DNA of 64,000 bases from Candidatus Spongiisociaceae bacterium (GCA_965262915.1 OZ253564.1:4991039-5055038), one strand, 5' to 3'; shown: positions 1 through 11,133, numbered from the stretch's first letter. Notes: generated from the letters alone by a model not told the origin. Translations and numbers: made by a program.

Positions 1-83
1 ACCAACTGGCGTTGCCTGCGCCCGGCGGCCGTGTCGTGGCGGCGCATCGCCTCGTCGACGTAACTCTGCCAGGCCAGCGCTAG
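1..83 (-). pseudogene. 3' continuation of the fic gene, cut off by IS1182 (runs off the window)
   Basis: Joining at the duplicated CTAG (3111-3114 / 80-83) gives one frame: WIKAQHL-ALAWQSYVDEAMRRHDTAAGRRQRQL. Confidence 0.75.
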
Positions 84-1538
84 GAGACTGCTGATTTAAT
101 CGGTCCTGTTTGTTGGTGGGTTCGCGTTTTGGGTTTGTTAGGATTATTGTAGTGGTATGCAGGGTAGTGAACGTGGTGATCGTGAGTTTCTGGACGCGAT
201 GGAACTGTGCGGGGAGCTGGTTCCGGAGGATTCGGTGTACCAGTTTTTGGCTGAACACCGCCGGCGCTTGTTTCCCGCCGAGATGTTCTCCGATTTGTTC
301 GGTAGTGGACGGGGCCGTCCTTCAACACCGGGGTCGGTGGTAGCGACGGTGATGGTCCTCCAGGCGTTGGAGTGCCTCTCGGACCGGGAAGCGGTCCAGC
401 GGCTGCGTCGTGATATAGCGTGGAAAGCAGCAGCGGGTCTGTCGCTGACTGATGGGGGGTTCCACCCGACGGTGCTGACGCTGTGGCGTGCAAGGCTGCG
501 GGCCAGTGACCGACCTGAGCGTATCTTCGACGCGGTGCGCGAGGTGGTTTCCGCCTGTGGGGTGTTGGCGAACAAGGGTCGCCGGGCGCTGGACTCGACC
601 ATCCTGCACGACGCGGTTGTTACCCAGGACACGGTGACGATGATCTCATCGCAGATAAGGCGTTGCCGCCGTCTGATTCCCGAAGCGGCCGACCTGGTGC
701 TGGTGGCCCATGATTACGAGTCGAAGACCAAACCGTCCTGCGACTGGTCTGATCCCGACAGCCGCTCCGAGCTGGTGGATGGTTTGGTCACCGACGGTCT
801 AGCGGTGATCGAAGCAGTCAACAACGTCAAGTTGGATCCCGACCAGGCCGACGCGATAGGTCTGTTGGGAGTGGTGACGGGCCAGGATGTGGAACCGGAC
901 CCGGATAGGGAAGGCCGATGGCGGATAGCGCGGCGTGTGGCCAAGGACCGGACCATATCGACGGTGGATGCCGAAGCCAGGCATGGTCACAAGACCCGGA
1001 CCCGTAAACGGGACGGGTACAAGGCCCATGTGGCTACCGAACCCGTAACCGGGCTGGTCACCGCCGCGGTCCTAACAGCTGCCAACACCCCAGACGCCGA
1101 CAGTATCGGGGATCTCGTTGCCGAAGAACCCCCGGGTGCCGAAATCGTTGCGGATTCGGCGTACGCGTCCGGTGCGGCGCTCGAAACGTTCGACGATCTT
1201 GGTCACACCCCGGTGGTGAAACCCATCGTACGCAAACCCCACATCGAGGACGGGTTCCACCGCGACGACTTCTGTATCGACACCGGAGCCCGGACGGTGA
1301 CGTGTCCCGCCGGGCACACCGTCCGTATACGCCCCGGTGGTACCGCCCCGTTCGCGAAGCGGTGCAACGGCTGCCCCCTGCGGGCACGATGCACCACCTC
1401 GGAGCGTGGACGGACCATCGCAGTCGACCAACACCACGACCGTCGGGCGGCGAACAAAGCACGATGGGCCAAAGACAAAACCCGCAACACCTACCGGAAC
1501 TTGGAGTTGCCCCGCTTTTTTGGACACTTCGCGATTTG

Positions 1539-2394
1539 TTATCCACAGGGTGGTTGTGGGCTCCTTTCGTAGTCTACGGGTGAGTGGTATCCGATGGCTG
1601 AGTGCCGCCGGTGGGGGTTGTAGAAGCCTTCGATGTAGTCGAAGACGGCGGAGCGGGCCTGGTTCCGGGTGGCGGAGCTGGTCCGGTCCAGGAGTTCGGT
1701 CTCGAGGGTGGCGAAGAACGACTCGGCTACTGCGTTGTCGTAGGCGTCGCCTCGGCGTCCCATCGACACCGCGACGCCGGCCTGCTCGCAGCGGGCCCGG
1801 AACGCCCCCTTGAACCTGGTTTGGGAACCCCTATCAGAGTGGTGGATCACCCGGTCGGGTTTGCGCTGTGCGAGGGCCATGTCCAAAGCGTCGGTGACCA
1901 ACGGTGTGGTCAGGTCATTGCGCATGGACCAGCCCACTACCCGCCGGGACCAGACATCGATCACAGCAGCCAGGTACAGAAACCCCGCCTTGGTCGGTAT
2001 ATACGTGATGTCCGCAACCCAAAGGTGGTTTGGTCCAGTAGCGGTGAACTCTCTGCGTACCAGATCCGGTGCTGCCAGACGTTCGGGATTCTGCCTGGTA
2101 GTGGCCACTTTACGGCGGCGGTGAACCCCCTGGATGCGGGCTTGGCGCATGAGCCGGGCTACCCGCTTGCGACCCACAGCCACCCCTTCGGCTGCTAGCT
2201 CTGCGTGGATGCGGGGAGCCCCATAGGTGCCCCGAGATCGGCTGTGGATGTCCACAATCTGGTCCCGCAGTGCCCGATCAGCCTGCTCCCGGGCGGACGG
2301 AGGACGCCTCAGCCATGCGTAGTAGCCGCTGGCCGAGCACACCCAGGAGGCTGCACATGCGCCGCACGGAATGGGAGGCCTGGTTGGCTTTCAC
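1539..2394 (-). pseudogene. IS3 transposase OrfB (rve integrase core), apparent 1-nt insertion near 2338
   Basis: WVADITY, HSDRGSQ, DNAVAESFF, FYN..RRHSAIGY; the N-terminal LLGV and SASGYYAW segments lie in different frames. Confidence 0.8.
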
Positions 2395-2702
2395 GAACCC
2401 AAACGCCGCCTGGGGGTCGATCCGGTCTCCTCGGCGAACCAGGCCGCTGCTTTTGCCAGGATCTCCTTCTCCTCACGGAGGATCCGGTTCTCCCGCCGCA
2501 GCCGGCGCAGCTCCTCGCGTTCGGCAGTCGTTAGCCCTTCGCGGCGGCCCTCGTCAACATCGGCTTGGTTCACCCAATTGCGGATCGTCTGGTCAGACGG
2601 TTCGAACTCCCGGCTCAGTTCACCAGGCGTCCGACCCGCCCTGACCAGGCGGACCATCTCCGCCCGGAACTCAGCCGGGTACGGCGCTCTTGTCTTCGGC
2701 AT
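2391..2702 (-). CDS. IS3 transposase OrfA (HTH + leucine zipper)
   Basis: YPAEFRAEMV...TIRNWV...EELRRLRRENRILREEKEILAKAAAWFA. Confidence 0.9.
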   Translation of the reverse strand: MPKTRAPYPAEFRAEMVRLVRAGRTPGELSREFEPSDQTIRNWVNQADVDEGRREGLTTAEREELRRLRRENRILREEKEILAKAAAWFAEETGSTPRRRLGS

Positions 2703-3110
2703 TCTTCTGAACACTCCTATCTGGGAACAATCCCAAGTCTTAGAGTGTCCACGAAAGCGGGTCAACCTCAACTTGCGGCCGTCCGTGGAACGGACCATCG
2801 CCTGGCTCGCCCGCCGCAGAGCCAGACGTGTTCCCTACCGAGGAATCATCCCCAACCAGCAATGGCTCACCACCCCAACCGCAGCCATCAACCTACGACG
2901 CCTCATCAACCTCGGACTCGCCCACACAACCACCGGCTGGGTGCTCAACCCCGCCTAGAACCCCAAAGCCGGGACGCCACCCCCAAAGAACCCGGCCACC
3001 GAACCCACAAATACCCGTCCCAAACCCCCCCCAACCGACCCCACCACACCAAAACACGCCCCCCAACAGGCCAACACCCCCACCCCGACACCCCAATAAT
3101 CGGCAGGCTC

Positions 3111-4040
<930 letters not shown>

Positions 4041-4377
4041 ACATAGTAAGGGGTAATAGAGCTGTCAGACTAATTATACACAGGGTTTTGTCCCCTATAA
4101 TGTCCCTCGGTAACGGTGCCGTTGTCGGCCACTAGTCAACCGGGATACCACCGGACTCCGGCTAAGCAGAATGACCGGCGGGCACCCGGCGACGCATTAG
4201 GCGCCTGAGATCTGGTTCACAACGATTGTGCGTTGAGACGTGACAGGAAGAAGTCAGCTACTACTTGTCGTCACTGTAGCCGACAAGAGCACGCTAACAC
4301 ATGATCTATAGTGGACCAGTGCAACCCCCTAGGGGTAGGTAACGGTACTTGATTCAAAACCCGATCGCCTGTGGACC

Positions 4378-4623
4378 GTGGCCGAGGCCAAGGCGCATCT
4401 TTCCGAAATCCTGCGCCTTTCCGAAACAGAAGGACCCCAGCACATCGGTATCCGCCGACGCTTCGCCGTCGTACCTGCCGCAGCATGGTACGAGCAAACG
4501 GCGCCTCTCAAACCCCTCGGTCAGTGGCTCATCGAGAACGTCCCCCGAGGTGTAAACCTCGAGATCCCTGGTGATAGGCGATCGGCGCGAGAGATCCCCT
4601 TCACCGACAGCGAGCCCCGTTGA
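4378..4623 (+). CDS. Phd/YefM-family antitoxin (true start uncertain)
   Basis: WTVAEAKAHLSEIL...EGPQ.I motif; its stop overlaps the toxin start (TTGA). Confidence 0.7.
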   Translation: MAEAKAHLSEILRLSETEGPQHIGIRRRFAVVPAAAWYEQTAPLKPLGQWLIENVPRGVNLEIPGDRRSAREIPFTDSEPR

Positions 4624-5025
4624 CGAGGTTTCTCTTGGACACCTCTGTGGTGTCCAAACTGACGAAAGACACGCCAGACTAGCAGGTGATCGAGTTCCTG
4701 GCTACTCATGACGACTTGTGGTTGTCATCGATCATGATACATGAGCTGGAGTACGGCCTGCATCTGCTTCCAGCCGGACACCGGCGCGATCGGCTTACAG
4801 CCATGATATCGGGCATCGTCTCGGCATATGCGGACCGCATCCTGTCATTGGACAGGACCGGCACAGAGTGGGCCGCCCGCCTCCGGGCATATGCACGCCG
4901 GTCCGGATACTCCATCGACCTGGGTCATGTACTTATCGCCGGAATAGCTCGCGCCAATAATCTGGCGATCGCGACGCGTAATGTCTCTGATTTCCGAGCT
5001 TTGGGTGTCCTAATCATCGACCCTG
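4620..5025 (+). pseudogene. vapC: VapC/PIN toxin with an in-frame TAG at 4680-4682; 3' end abuts ISL3
   Basis: FLLDTSVVS...*QVIEF...HELEYG...LIAGIA...ATRNVSDF...IIDP. Confidence 0.8.
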
Positions 5026-5079
5026 CGCGGTTTCGTGGGGTAGGGCGTTTCTGTTGTCGGTGTGGGGGTCATGATGCTC

Positions 5080-6309
5080 CTATATTGTGCAAATCGGTTG
5101 TTGGGTGAGCCAGTGTTGGTATCGGGTAGCGAGCTGGTGGTTGTGGTCTCGGCCTAGCTCGAGTGCTGAGATGCGGCTGGGGTGGGTTCGGATAGCTCGG
5201 GCGGCCTCGGTGACGGTTATACCGGCTTGTCGGCGTTCGCTGCGTAGTTTCGCGCAGTTCGGGGTTGGTGGCGGGGTGGTGAGGATCCGGTAGATCTCGC
5301 GGGCGATGTGCCGTTTCAGGCATCGGATGATCTCGGTTCGTTTCTTGCCCTCCGCCTGGCGTCGGGTGACGTAGTCTTTGGTGGCGGCGTCGGTGCGCAT
5401 CCGGGTGGTGGCTATCCGCCAGAGTGCGCTGTTGGCTTGCCGGTTGCCGCCCCGGTTGAGACGGTGCCGAACTGTTCGGCCAGACGACGCTTGGACGGGG
5501 CTGGTGCCACACAGCGCAGCAAAGGATCGTTCCGATTTCATCCGCTTGGGGTTGTCGCCGGCGGCGACTAGCAGCGTGGCAGCTGTGTTGGGTCCGATAC
5601 CTTTGGTGGCCAACAACGCCGGGTTGGCCCTGGCGCAGAGGCGTTTGATCTCGGTGTCGTGTTCTGCGATCTCGGCGTTGAGTGTCTGGTAACGGCGGGC
5701 TAGACGACGGAGAGCCAGCTTGGCGTAGCTGACAGAGGACTCTCCGCTGGGTCGGAACCGGGCGCAGACCCGGACCTGTGCTTTGAGTTTCATATCGCTT
5801 AGCTGGGCTTTTAGCGGCTCTGGGGCACCAACCAACAGAGAATGGAACTGGTTGGCGGCCTGGGTTCGGGCCTTGACCGCCGAGCGCCGAACTACTGTCA
5901 GCATCCGTATCCACTCGACCGGCCCATCCCCGGACTTGGGAACCGCGGTTGCTTCACCACTGAGAGCAGCACGAGCGGCTGCCTCGGCGTCGACGTTGTC
6001 GTCTTTGCCCCGCTGGCGACGTAGTTGCCGGTTGGGACGGTTCACCTCCACCACGTCTATGCCGGCCCCGAGGAGATGACGGGAGAGACCGGCGCCGTAG
6101 CTGCCGGTCCCTTCCACCCCGACCCGGCTGATCCGACCCTGCGACTCCATCCAGGCCACCAGTTGCGCATAGCCGGCGGGATCGGCTCGGAACTGGGCGG
6201 ATCCCAGCAGGCGACCTGCGGTATCAACCACCGCCCCAACATGGGTATCCCGGTGTGTGTCCACCCCACCGACCACAACCGGCTCCTCGGCTCTATCTTG
6301 GTCTGTCAT
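5080..6309 (-). CDS. IS110 recombinase (DEDD RuvC-like + Tnp_20) with C-terminal XRE-like HTH
   Basis: GVDTH, GVEGTG, KDDNVDA, ASSG serine, GGNRQAN; tail LRSERRQAGITVTEAARAIRTHPSRISALELG. Confidence 0.92.
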   Translation of the reverse strand: MTDQDRAEEPVVVGGVDTHRDTHVGAVVDTAGRLLGSAQFRADPAGYAQLVAWMESQGRISRVGVEGTGSYGAGLSRHLLGAGIDVVEVNRPNRQLRRQRGKDDNVDAEAAARAALSGEATAVPKSGDGPVEWIRMLTVVRRSAVKARTQAANQFHSLLVGAPEPLKAQLSDMKLKAQVRVCARFRPSGESSVSYAKLALRRLARRYQTLNAEIAEHDTEIKRLCARANPALLATKGIGPNTAATLLVAAGDNPKRMKSERSFAALCGTSPVQASSGRTVRHRLNRGGNRQANSALWRIATTRMRTDAATKDYVTRRQAEGKKRTEIIRCLKRHIAREIYRILTTPPPTPNCAKLRSERRQAGITVTEAARAIRTHPSRISALELGRDHNHQLATRYQHWLTQQPICTI

Positions 6310-6344
6310 GTGCTCACCCTTTCGCTGGCTGACTACAATTCCAA

Positions 6345-6520
6345 GTCCCCTGAGCCGGGTAGAGCGGCGGACAGAACACTCAAGGCGCAAAAGTCGAAGC
6401 TCCTATTAGGTCACCCCGCTCCCCGGTTCAGGAGTCCCAGCGGGGGCCAGGTCGACAGATCATGACAAAGGCACCAAAGGCCAGTTACGAGGTGAGTCAG
6501 ACCCGCCCCCGCCGAAGACC
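6345..6520 (-). ncRNA. Putative IS110 bridge RNA
   Basis: Two stem-enclosed loops: target guides CCTCGTAAC (6484-6492) and GTCATG (6461-6466); donor guides ATAGGAGCTTC (6396-6406) and TGAGTG (6377-6382); transcript ends approximate. Confidence 0.85.
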
Positions 6521-6525
6521 CGACC

Positions 6526-6531
6526 ATTATG
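6526..6531 (-). promoter_or_regulatory. -10 box (CATAAT) of the IS110 circle-junction promoter; -35 TTGCAC lies at 5087-5092
   Basis: Joining the ends gives TTGCAC-17 bp-CATAAT pointing into the bridge RNA. Confidence 0.75.
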
Positions 6532-6533
6532 AG

Positions 6534-7725
6534 TGTTACGAGGATTCCTCGGGCGGCGTAGTTGTCGTAGTTGGTGAACCCGTGGGCGACGCGGCGTAGG
6601 ACTTGGAGGAGGTTGTTGGTTCCTTCGATGGGTCCGTTAGTGGCTCGTCTGCTGGTGTGGTAGGCCAGGATTTGTTCTCCCCAGGCGATGATGGTGTCCA
6701 CAACTTGGTGGTATTGGGGTATCTGTCCGGTGGCGTAGAGGTCGGCGAACCGTCCGAGCGCCTGGTTAGCTTGATCCGGGTTGTCGGCTTCATACAGTTG
6801 GTAGAGCTCTTGGAGAGCGTCCCACGCGGTTCGCAGGACGTGGATGAGCGTCGAAGAGCCGGTCGAGATACTTCTGGTGGGCTTCGGTGAGGTGATCGGC
6901 TCGGCGTAAGAGGGTAAAGCGGGCTCGGAACAGGTCCGGCTCGAACGTTGGGGGACGCAGCTGGGGGTCCCGGCGTTGTATCTCTCGTCGTACCAGGGTG
7001 AGGCCTTGGGTGAACCAGCGGACGACGTGGAACCGGTCGAGCACATGGCGAGCATCGGGCAGATACTGTGCGATGGCTGCCTGGTAGGAGCGGGACCCGT
7101 CGGAGACGACTATCTCCACCTGGCGGCACCACCAGGCTCCTTGGTCTCTGAAGAACCTGGCCAAAGACCCTTTCGTGCGACCTGGGATCATCGCCAGGAC
7201 CTTGCCGCTGTCACCACAGGCCACCACGGTCACATACCGATGCCGGCGCCGGATCGATGTTTCGTCGACCAACAGCACACGACACGGCCGGGCCCGGCGA
7301 CGCTGCGCCACCCGCTCCGAGTGAGCTCTCACCAACCCCATGATCCGATGCCATCCCACCCCATGATGGCGGCCCACCGCCCGAATCGACATCACCGTTG
7401 CGTCGGCGACTAGACGACGGGCGAAACGGCGGGTCAACCCGGCTTGGAACTCGGCATGGTCCTCAAGGTGACGCTCCCCACAGTTTCCACATTCGAACCG
7501 GCGGCGACGTCACACCAACGTTGTGCGGCGTCCACTCACCTCCAAATCCCGAACCCTCTTTACCCTTCGGTCCCACACCCTGTAGCAGCGGAACCCACAA
7601 TGGCGGCACCTCGACCACTCCCGGGCCGATTCGACTTCAACCTCAAGACGCTCAACAGAGTCGACCCCCACTCTCATCACGCGAACACCCGACAGGTGCA
7701 GCCGTACTTGCATAACATCAGACAT
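6534..7725 (-). pseudogene. ISL3 transposase (TGA at 7510-7512, frameshift near 6840, stop codon displaced by IS110)
   Basis: CRHCG...CGNCG zinc ribbon, VDETS, VSDG, DRFHVV, TNGPIEGTNN...HGFTN. Confidence 0.85.
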
Positions 7726-7831
7726 CGAGGCCTCTCCCTGGATTCGGCGTTTTGGCTATTCACCGATTCCAGCGAGGCCTCAACCCCATTCCAAGGATTT
7801 CAACCCACCCACCCCACAATTCCGCGCAGCC

Positions 7832-8055
7832 TCTACAAGACAGAACTCATCCGACAGAGGGGACCGTGGCGCAACCTCGACCAGGTCGAGTACGCCACAC
7901 TCGAGTATGTGGACTGGTTCAACCACCGGCGGCTCCTCGAACCCATAGGGCACATCCCACCAGCAGAGAAGGAGTCCAACTACCATCGCCAACAGAACCG
8001 AGTCCAGCTAGCTGGACTCAAATAAAACACTCTCCGGCAAAGCCGGTACGGTTCA
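7832..8055 (+). mobile_element. 3' remnant of a second IS3-family element
   Basis: LYKTELI..RGPW...YVDWFNHRRL..IGHIPPAE, then an IRR-like CTCTCCGGCAAAGCCGGTACGGTTCA. Confidence 0.8.
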
Positions 8056-8406
8056 GACCTCTAATAGAAACACGCACACAGTTTTGAGGGCTGGTTCGTG
8101 AGGTGGTTGACGGCAACCGCGCCCCGGGGGCAATCTCGATGGTTCATTCTACCGAAAGTCGCCAACAGCCCTCGGATGTATTGTCTCGTCCCCAGATGAG
8201 CATGTCTTCGAATACCCTCACCGACACTCGAATACCCTCACCGCTCTGCCCACCTGTTCTCGGTCGGTCCAATCAATGTTCTTTTCGTAGGTAGCGAACA
8301 AGCTCCGCCGCTGTCCGACCAAATCAAGACATAGCACGACCTGCGATACGGGGGTGGGCGGAGGGCACCAGCCACAGCGAACGCACCGCCAACGACCACC
8401 CTCCGC

Positions 8407-10176
8407 TCAAAAGGCCCATAGCCGGGGAATGAAGATGGTGGACAGGATGCAGAACAGGATGTTGAGGGGCACCCCGGCCCGCAGGAAGTCGACGTATCGG
8501 TATCCCCCCGGGTTGTAGATCATGGTGTTGGTCTGATATCCCACCGGCGTGGAGAACCCAGTTGAGGCCGCGAAGGTGATGGCCATCAGGAATGGTTTGG
8601 GGTCCACTCCGAGGTGACCCGCGGTGGAAATGGCTATAGGCGCCAGCAGCACCGCAGCCGCGGCGTTGCTCATGGTTTCGGTCATGATGGCCGCCAGTAG
8701 GTAGATAGCCGCCAGCACGGCCACCGGACCCATGTCGCCCACCAGCGACACCACCTGAGAAGCGAGGAAGCCCGCGGCCCCGCTGGTATGCATGGCGATA
8801 CCCAGGGGAAGCACTCCGGCCAAGAGGAATATGACCTGCCAATTGATGGAGCGGTATATGTCCTCCGGTTCCAGTATCCGGGTCATCACCAGGGCCACGC
8901 AACCGAGTACCGCGGTTACCGGAATCGGGACGACATCGAAAGCGGCCAGGCCCACGACCGCCAGGAGTATCCCGATAGCCAGAGGCGCTTTGTGGCGCAG
9001 GGTGCCGCCGGGCACCTCCCCGAGAACGATAAAGTCGGCATCCCGCCGTAGCTCCCGTATCTGCGTTCCGTGCGCCTGTATCAGCAGAGCGTCGCCCAGC
9101 CCGAGCCTGACCGAACCGAGCCGGTCGTTGATAGTCTTGCCCCGGCGCTGCATGGCCAGCACTAGCGCCTTGTAGCGGTTGCGGAAATCCACTTCCTTCA
9201 GAGTGTGCCCGATCAGGTCGGAACCAGGAGCCACCAGGGCCTCCACCAGACGCAAATCCTCACTCTGCAGCGTTTCGTCTCGGAGCTTGAAATCGGCATC
9301 TATCCGCAGACCCATAGTTCCCCGGAGCCGCATCAGGTCAGGCAGCGAGCCATGCACCAGAAGCACGTCGTCTGGTTGGAGAACTCTCCTGAGGGGCGCC
9401 CATCCCTCCTCCCCTGCGTTGAGCACCCCCAGCACCCTTATATCGTGGTCCTCGCCCAGTCTGCTCTCCAGCACCGATTTCCCCACCAAGGGGGACTTGT
9501 GGCGTATTCTCAGTTCGGTCACATATTCGCCGAGGTGGTAGCTAGTCGCTAGTTCATGAGGCTGGCGGTCAGGCAGCAACCAGCGGCCGAAGATCAGGAA
9601 ATAGGCCACTCCGGCAGCGAACAGGATCAGACCCATCCGGCTGAACTCGAACATGCTGAATTCCCCGTAGCCCGCCTCGGCGGAGATGGAACTCACCAAC
9701 AGGTTGGTGGAGGTGCCTATGAGCGTGCATACCCCTCCGAACTGGGAGGCGTAGGAGAGAGGGATCAGAAGTTTGGACGCGGCTATCTTCCGTCTGGTGG
9801 CCAGGATCGTCACCAGTGGTATGAACACCGCCACTGCGGCTGTGTTGTTCACGAAGGCCGACATCACCGTCACCGCCACCATGATCACGACCAGCGCGGC
9901 GAAATGGTTCCGGCTGTAGCGAACCATCATCCGGCCTACCACCGCGGTGGCCCCCGTTTTCTGCAGCCCGGCGCTGAGTACGAACATGGCAGCGACTGTC
10001 AGCGTGGCCGGGTTGCTGAACCCAGAGAACCCATCCTCGAGAGTTACCAAGCCGAGCGCCAGCAACACCCCGAGGCCCAGCATGGCCACTATGTCCAAGC
10101 GGTACTTCTCGGAGACGAACAGCACCACAATCCCAACGAGGATCGCGGTCACCAGCAGGCCGTCGACGGTCATCAC
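8407..10176 (-). CDS. SLC13/DASS-family permease with TrkA-C (RCK_C) domains
   Basis: Hydrophobic N- and C-terminal blocks, SAFVNNT, TLIGTSTNLL, TPVGYQTN motifs, central soluble RCK_C repeats. Confidence 0.9.
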   Translation of the reverse strand: MMTVDGLLVTAILVGIVVLFVSEKYRLDIVAMLGLGVLLALGLVTLEDGFSGFSNPATLTVAAMFVLSAGLQKTGATAVVGRMMVRYSRNHFAALVVIMVAVTVMSAFVNNTAAVAVFIPLVTILATRRKIAASKLLIPLSYASQFGGVCTLIGTSTNLLVSSISAEAGYGEFSMFEFSRMGLILFAAGVAYFLIFGRWLLPDRQPHELATSYHLGEYVTELRIRHKSPLVGKSVLESRLGEDHDIRVLGVLNAGEEGWAPLRRVLQPDDVLLVHGSLPDLMRLRGTMGLRIDADFKLRDETLQSEDLRLVEALVAPGSDLIGHTLKEVDFRNRYKALVLAMQRRGKTINDRLGSVRLGLGDALLIQAHGTQIRELRRDADFIVLGEVPGGTLRHKAPLAIGILLAVVGLAAFDVVPIPVTAVLGCVALVMTRILEPEDIYRSINWQVIFLLAGVLPLGIAMHTSGAAGFLASQVVSLVGDMGPVAVLAAIYLLAAIMTETMSNAAAAVLLAPIAISTAGHLGVDPKPFLMAITFAASTGFSTPVGYQTNTMIYNPGGYRYVDFLRAGVPLNILFCILSTIFIPRLWAF

Positions 10177-10475
10177 AGCGAGGGGTCAACGGGTTTCACG
10201 TCACCCACAGAGGGGAGACTCCCCCGCCCCTCAGGAAAGGCTTCCCTTGAGTGCCCGGAGTCCGCCAAACACCCGACATACTCGTCATATCTACTGGCGA
10301 CGCCTTCGACGATTTCGACCGCCTCGCATCTGGACAACCCTTCGCAGCGAAACGCCCCCACCGAAGCCTGTGGGTCGCATCTTCGACCTGCATACGAACT
10401 GATGGCGATCGCTGAAATTCCTCAGAGTCGATCATCGAAATTCCCCTTTACCTTGTTGGGGGGAGTCTGCTGAGT

Positions 10476-10995
10476 CTAGTGGCGATCTCCTTTCGGTCGG
10501 TGTTTGCGGGCCTGGGCTTGGTAGGAGCGGAGCCGGTAGTTGTCGCCTGTGATGGTGAACGCGACGCTTCGGTGGAGGAGCCGGTCCACATGGCAGCGGC
10601 GATGGTGGTGTCGGAGAAGATGTCTCCCCAGGACGCGACGTTGCGGTTGGTGGTCAGGATGACCGATCCTTGCTGGTAGCGGCGGGAGATGACCTGGAAC
10701 AGAGCAGCCGCGTATCGTGATGGCATTGGTAGGCAGCCGAGTTCGTCGATTATGAGCACGGCGGGGCCGGAGAAGAACCGCATGGTGGCTGCCCATCTGC
10801 CTTCGAGGGCGGCTTTGCGGCAGCGCGCTGCTAGCCACCCCTTGGAACTAACCGTCTAGGTCAGCGGCGGTTGTGTAGTAGACCCGGTGGCCGCCGTCGA
10901 CCGCGGCCCGGCCCAGGATGACCGCCAGCATGGTTTTTCCGACACCGGGCGGTCCGATGAACAGCACGTTGGTCGCGTCGGCCAGATAGCCGCCG
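10476..10995 (-). pseudogene. istB: IS21-family IstB helper ATPase fragments
   Basis: FIGPPGVGKTMLA Walker A, LIIDELG Walker B, ILTTN, DRLLH, G.NYR, split over several frames. Confidence 0.8.
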
Positions 10996-11133
10996 CATGC
11001 GAGTTCTCGTACGAGTTTTTCATTGATGCTGGGCTGAGGACTATGCCGTATGCTGGCGGGTGGAGGAAGGAAACTGCCTTTGACCTGGGATTATGAACAG
11101 TTCTGAAACAACGAGCGACCATCAGCAACAGTG

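Larger units (their letters stand above)
1502..2770 (-). mobile_element. IS3-family insertion sequence
   Basis: TG...CA ends, ~27-bp imperfect IRs (TGGAGTTGCCCCGCTTTTTTGGACACT / TGAGGTTGACCCGCTTTCGTGGACACT), 3-bp target duplication ACT (1499-1501, 2771-2773). Confidence 0.92.
157..2958 (+). pseudogene. IS1182-family transposase split by IS3 (157-1501 + 2774-2958)
   Basis: DUF772-like GRPS...LSDREAV N-terminus, ALDST, DGYKAH, ADSAY, CPAG..C..CPLR..C; removing the IS3 restores YRNL-RPSVERTIAWL. Confidence 0.85.
84..3110 (+). mobile_element. IS1182-family insertion sequence (contains a nested IS3)
   Basis: Terminal IRs GAGACTGCTGATT / revcomp GAGCCTGCCGATT; CTAG direct repeats at 80-83 and 3111-3114; transposase inside. 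Confidence 0.85.
5072..6535 (-). mobile_element. IS110-family bridge-recombinase element
   Basis: No terminal IRs; core dinucleotide CA (minus strand) at both junctions (5072-5073, 6534-6535); the empty site restores the ISL3 codons CTC GTA ACA TGA. Confidence 0.9.
5023..7831 (-). mobile_element. ISL3-family element (degenerate; carries a nested IS110)
   Basis: IRs CTGCGCGGTTTCGTGGGGT (5023) and revcomp GGCTGCGCGGAATTGTGGGGT (ends 7831); no target duplication seen. Confidence 0.8.

Noticed and set aside
2959-3100. C/A-rich low-complexity tract
   Set aside because: Lies inside the IS1182 3' noncoding end; no periodicity or structure seen.
8208-8243. Two copies of TCGAATACCCTCACCG with a 20-bp period; possible CRISPR or iteron
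   Set aside because: Only two units with a 4-bp gap and no cas or rep gene; looks like a local duplication.
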